DNA of 63,366 bases, counting the filler, from Octopus bimaculoides (Eukaryota): assembly GCF_001194135.2 (NCBI RefSeq). It is 5 parts of 5 records of this genome, joined end to end, with 100 filler letters (N's around TTAATTAATTAA, not from the genome) between each part and the next. Parts side by side here need not be neighbours in the genome. Positions count along the whole stretch, not along the records: positions 59,905 to 63,366 come from NC_068982.1; 4 more parts are not named here. The stretch is one strand, 5' to 3'. Shown piece after piece: positions 62,541-63,366 of the stretch; positions within the stretch are counted from its first letter, which is position 1, and every line of letters begins with the position of its first letter. A program made the position numbers and the translations under genes. Below the pieces are notes generated by a model. It was not told the origin of the DNA. It was given only the letters and a program-made list of their open reading frames with translations, and did no database searches.

Positions 62541-62710
62541 TTTTTTTTCTCCGTGTTTTTCTCCTTGTTTTCTCCGTATTCTCTCTGTTGAAGAGCGTAG
62601 CTCGAAACGTCAAAGACTTTCCGTATTCCCGAGCGTCATACTAATACATCCTTTTGTTATTTACACCACCTGTCCTCGTCTGTTGTTGTTTTTTCGTATA
62701 TTCTCCCTCC
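62541..62710 (+). mobile_element. Second copy of the ~160-bp PLE pseudo-LTR-like repeat with hammerhead variant (motif at 62580-62616)
   Basis: tctct-CUGUUGA-A-gagc-gta-gctc-GAAA-C-GUC-aaaga, between (TATC)n and (TA)n. Confidence 0.75.
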
Positions 62711-63250
62711 TATATATATATATAATTTAGTCTGTTTTTAAGGGGTTGGCTTTGAGAGTTGCCTTTCCTCGCGTTCGGTAAAAATGTGCTTTTTATGGTA
62801 GTTTGACCTTAGAGTACCTCATAGCGTGAGGCATTATTGTATAGTAATGCCCTTATATAAATATAAATATATATATATATACATATCCATATACATAAAT
62901 GCTTATTGCACACACACACGCCTAAGTATAACAGGCGCAGATGCATACACGCTCTTTCTCTCAGTCTCCCTCTCTCCCTCTCTCTTCTCTCTCTTTCTCA
63001 CTCTCTCACTCTCTCACACCCTCACACAGAAACAACTTGTCTCTCTTTCTATATCATTAATGTAATTTCGTCAGTGTCCCTGCTCACATACTCTAGGTTC
63101 CTCTGTGTTTCACCCCAATCTCTCTCTCTCCCTCAACGCATCTCTCTACCTTTACCCACTTGATATTTCTTACTCTATCATTTTTATCTCTCCTGCTAGT
63201 TTTTGCATCTCTCTCCTGCGAGCGCGCACACACACACACACACACTCACA

Positions 63251-63302
<52 letters not shown>

Positions 63303-63366
63303 CTCTGTTTATGTGTGCGTATGTATTTTTTCACCTTTCTTATACACTCGTTTCTCACCCCTCATT

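Noticed and set aside
1-63366. Most ORF-track entries (poly-I, poly-Y, CV/HT/YI repeats, X-filled ORFs)
   Set aside because: They are translations of (TAA)n, (CA)n, (TA)n, (GATA)n tracts or read-through of N gaps.

Overview
AT-rich, microsatellite-saturated animal genomic DNA with many N gaps. The SINE repertoire and repeat landscape point to an octopus (inference, no search run). There are no prokaryotic features. Four identical 100-bp spacers (44 N + TTAATTAATTAA + 44 N) show the window is five scaffolds joined artificially: 1-23634, 23735-39910, 40011-53427, 53528-59804 and 59905-63366. Most recognisable sequence is decayed transposon: R4/Dong-clade non-LTR retroelements associated with (TAA)n, Penelope-like (GIY-YIG) elements, three Tc1/mariner remnants, a Gypsy RT scrap, a Helitron end and at least four SINE families. 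One host exon is reasonably supported: a minus-strand exon ending at a GTGAGT donor (54012) that encodes GSYSINGLL, a Pax2/5/8-type octapeptide. Best leads: (1) minimal Penelope-type hammerhead ribozyme motifs from three repeat families, including a head-to-head pair in a 151-bp near-perfect inverted repeat; (2) a (TAA)n-targeted cluster holding an internally deleted R4/Dong derivative and an unrelated ~540-bp non-coding element; (3) a 59-nt pre-miRNA-like or ADAR-substrate-like hairpin. Most ORF-track entries are microsatellite translations and are rejected.
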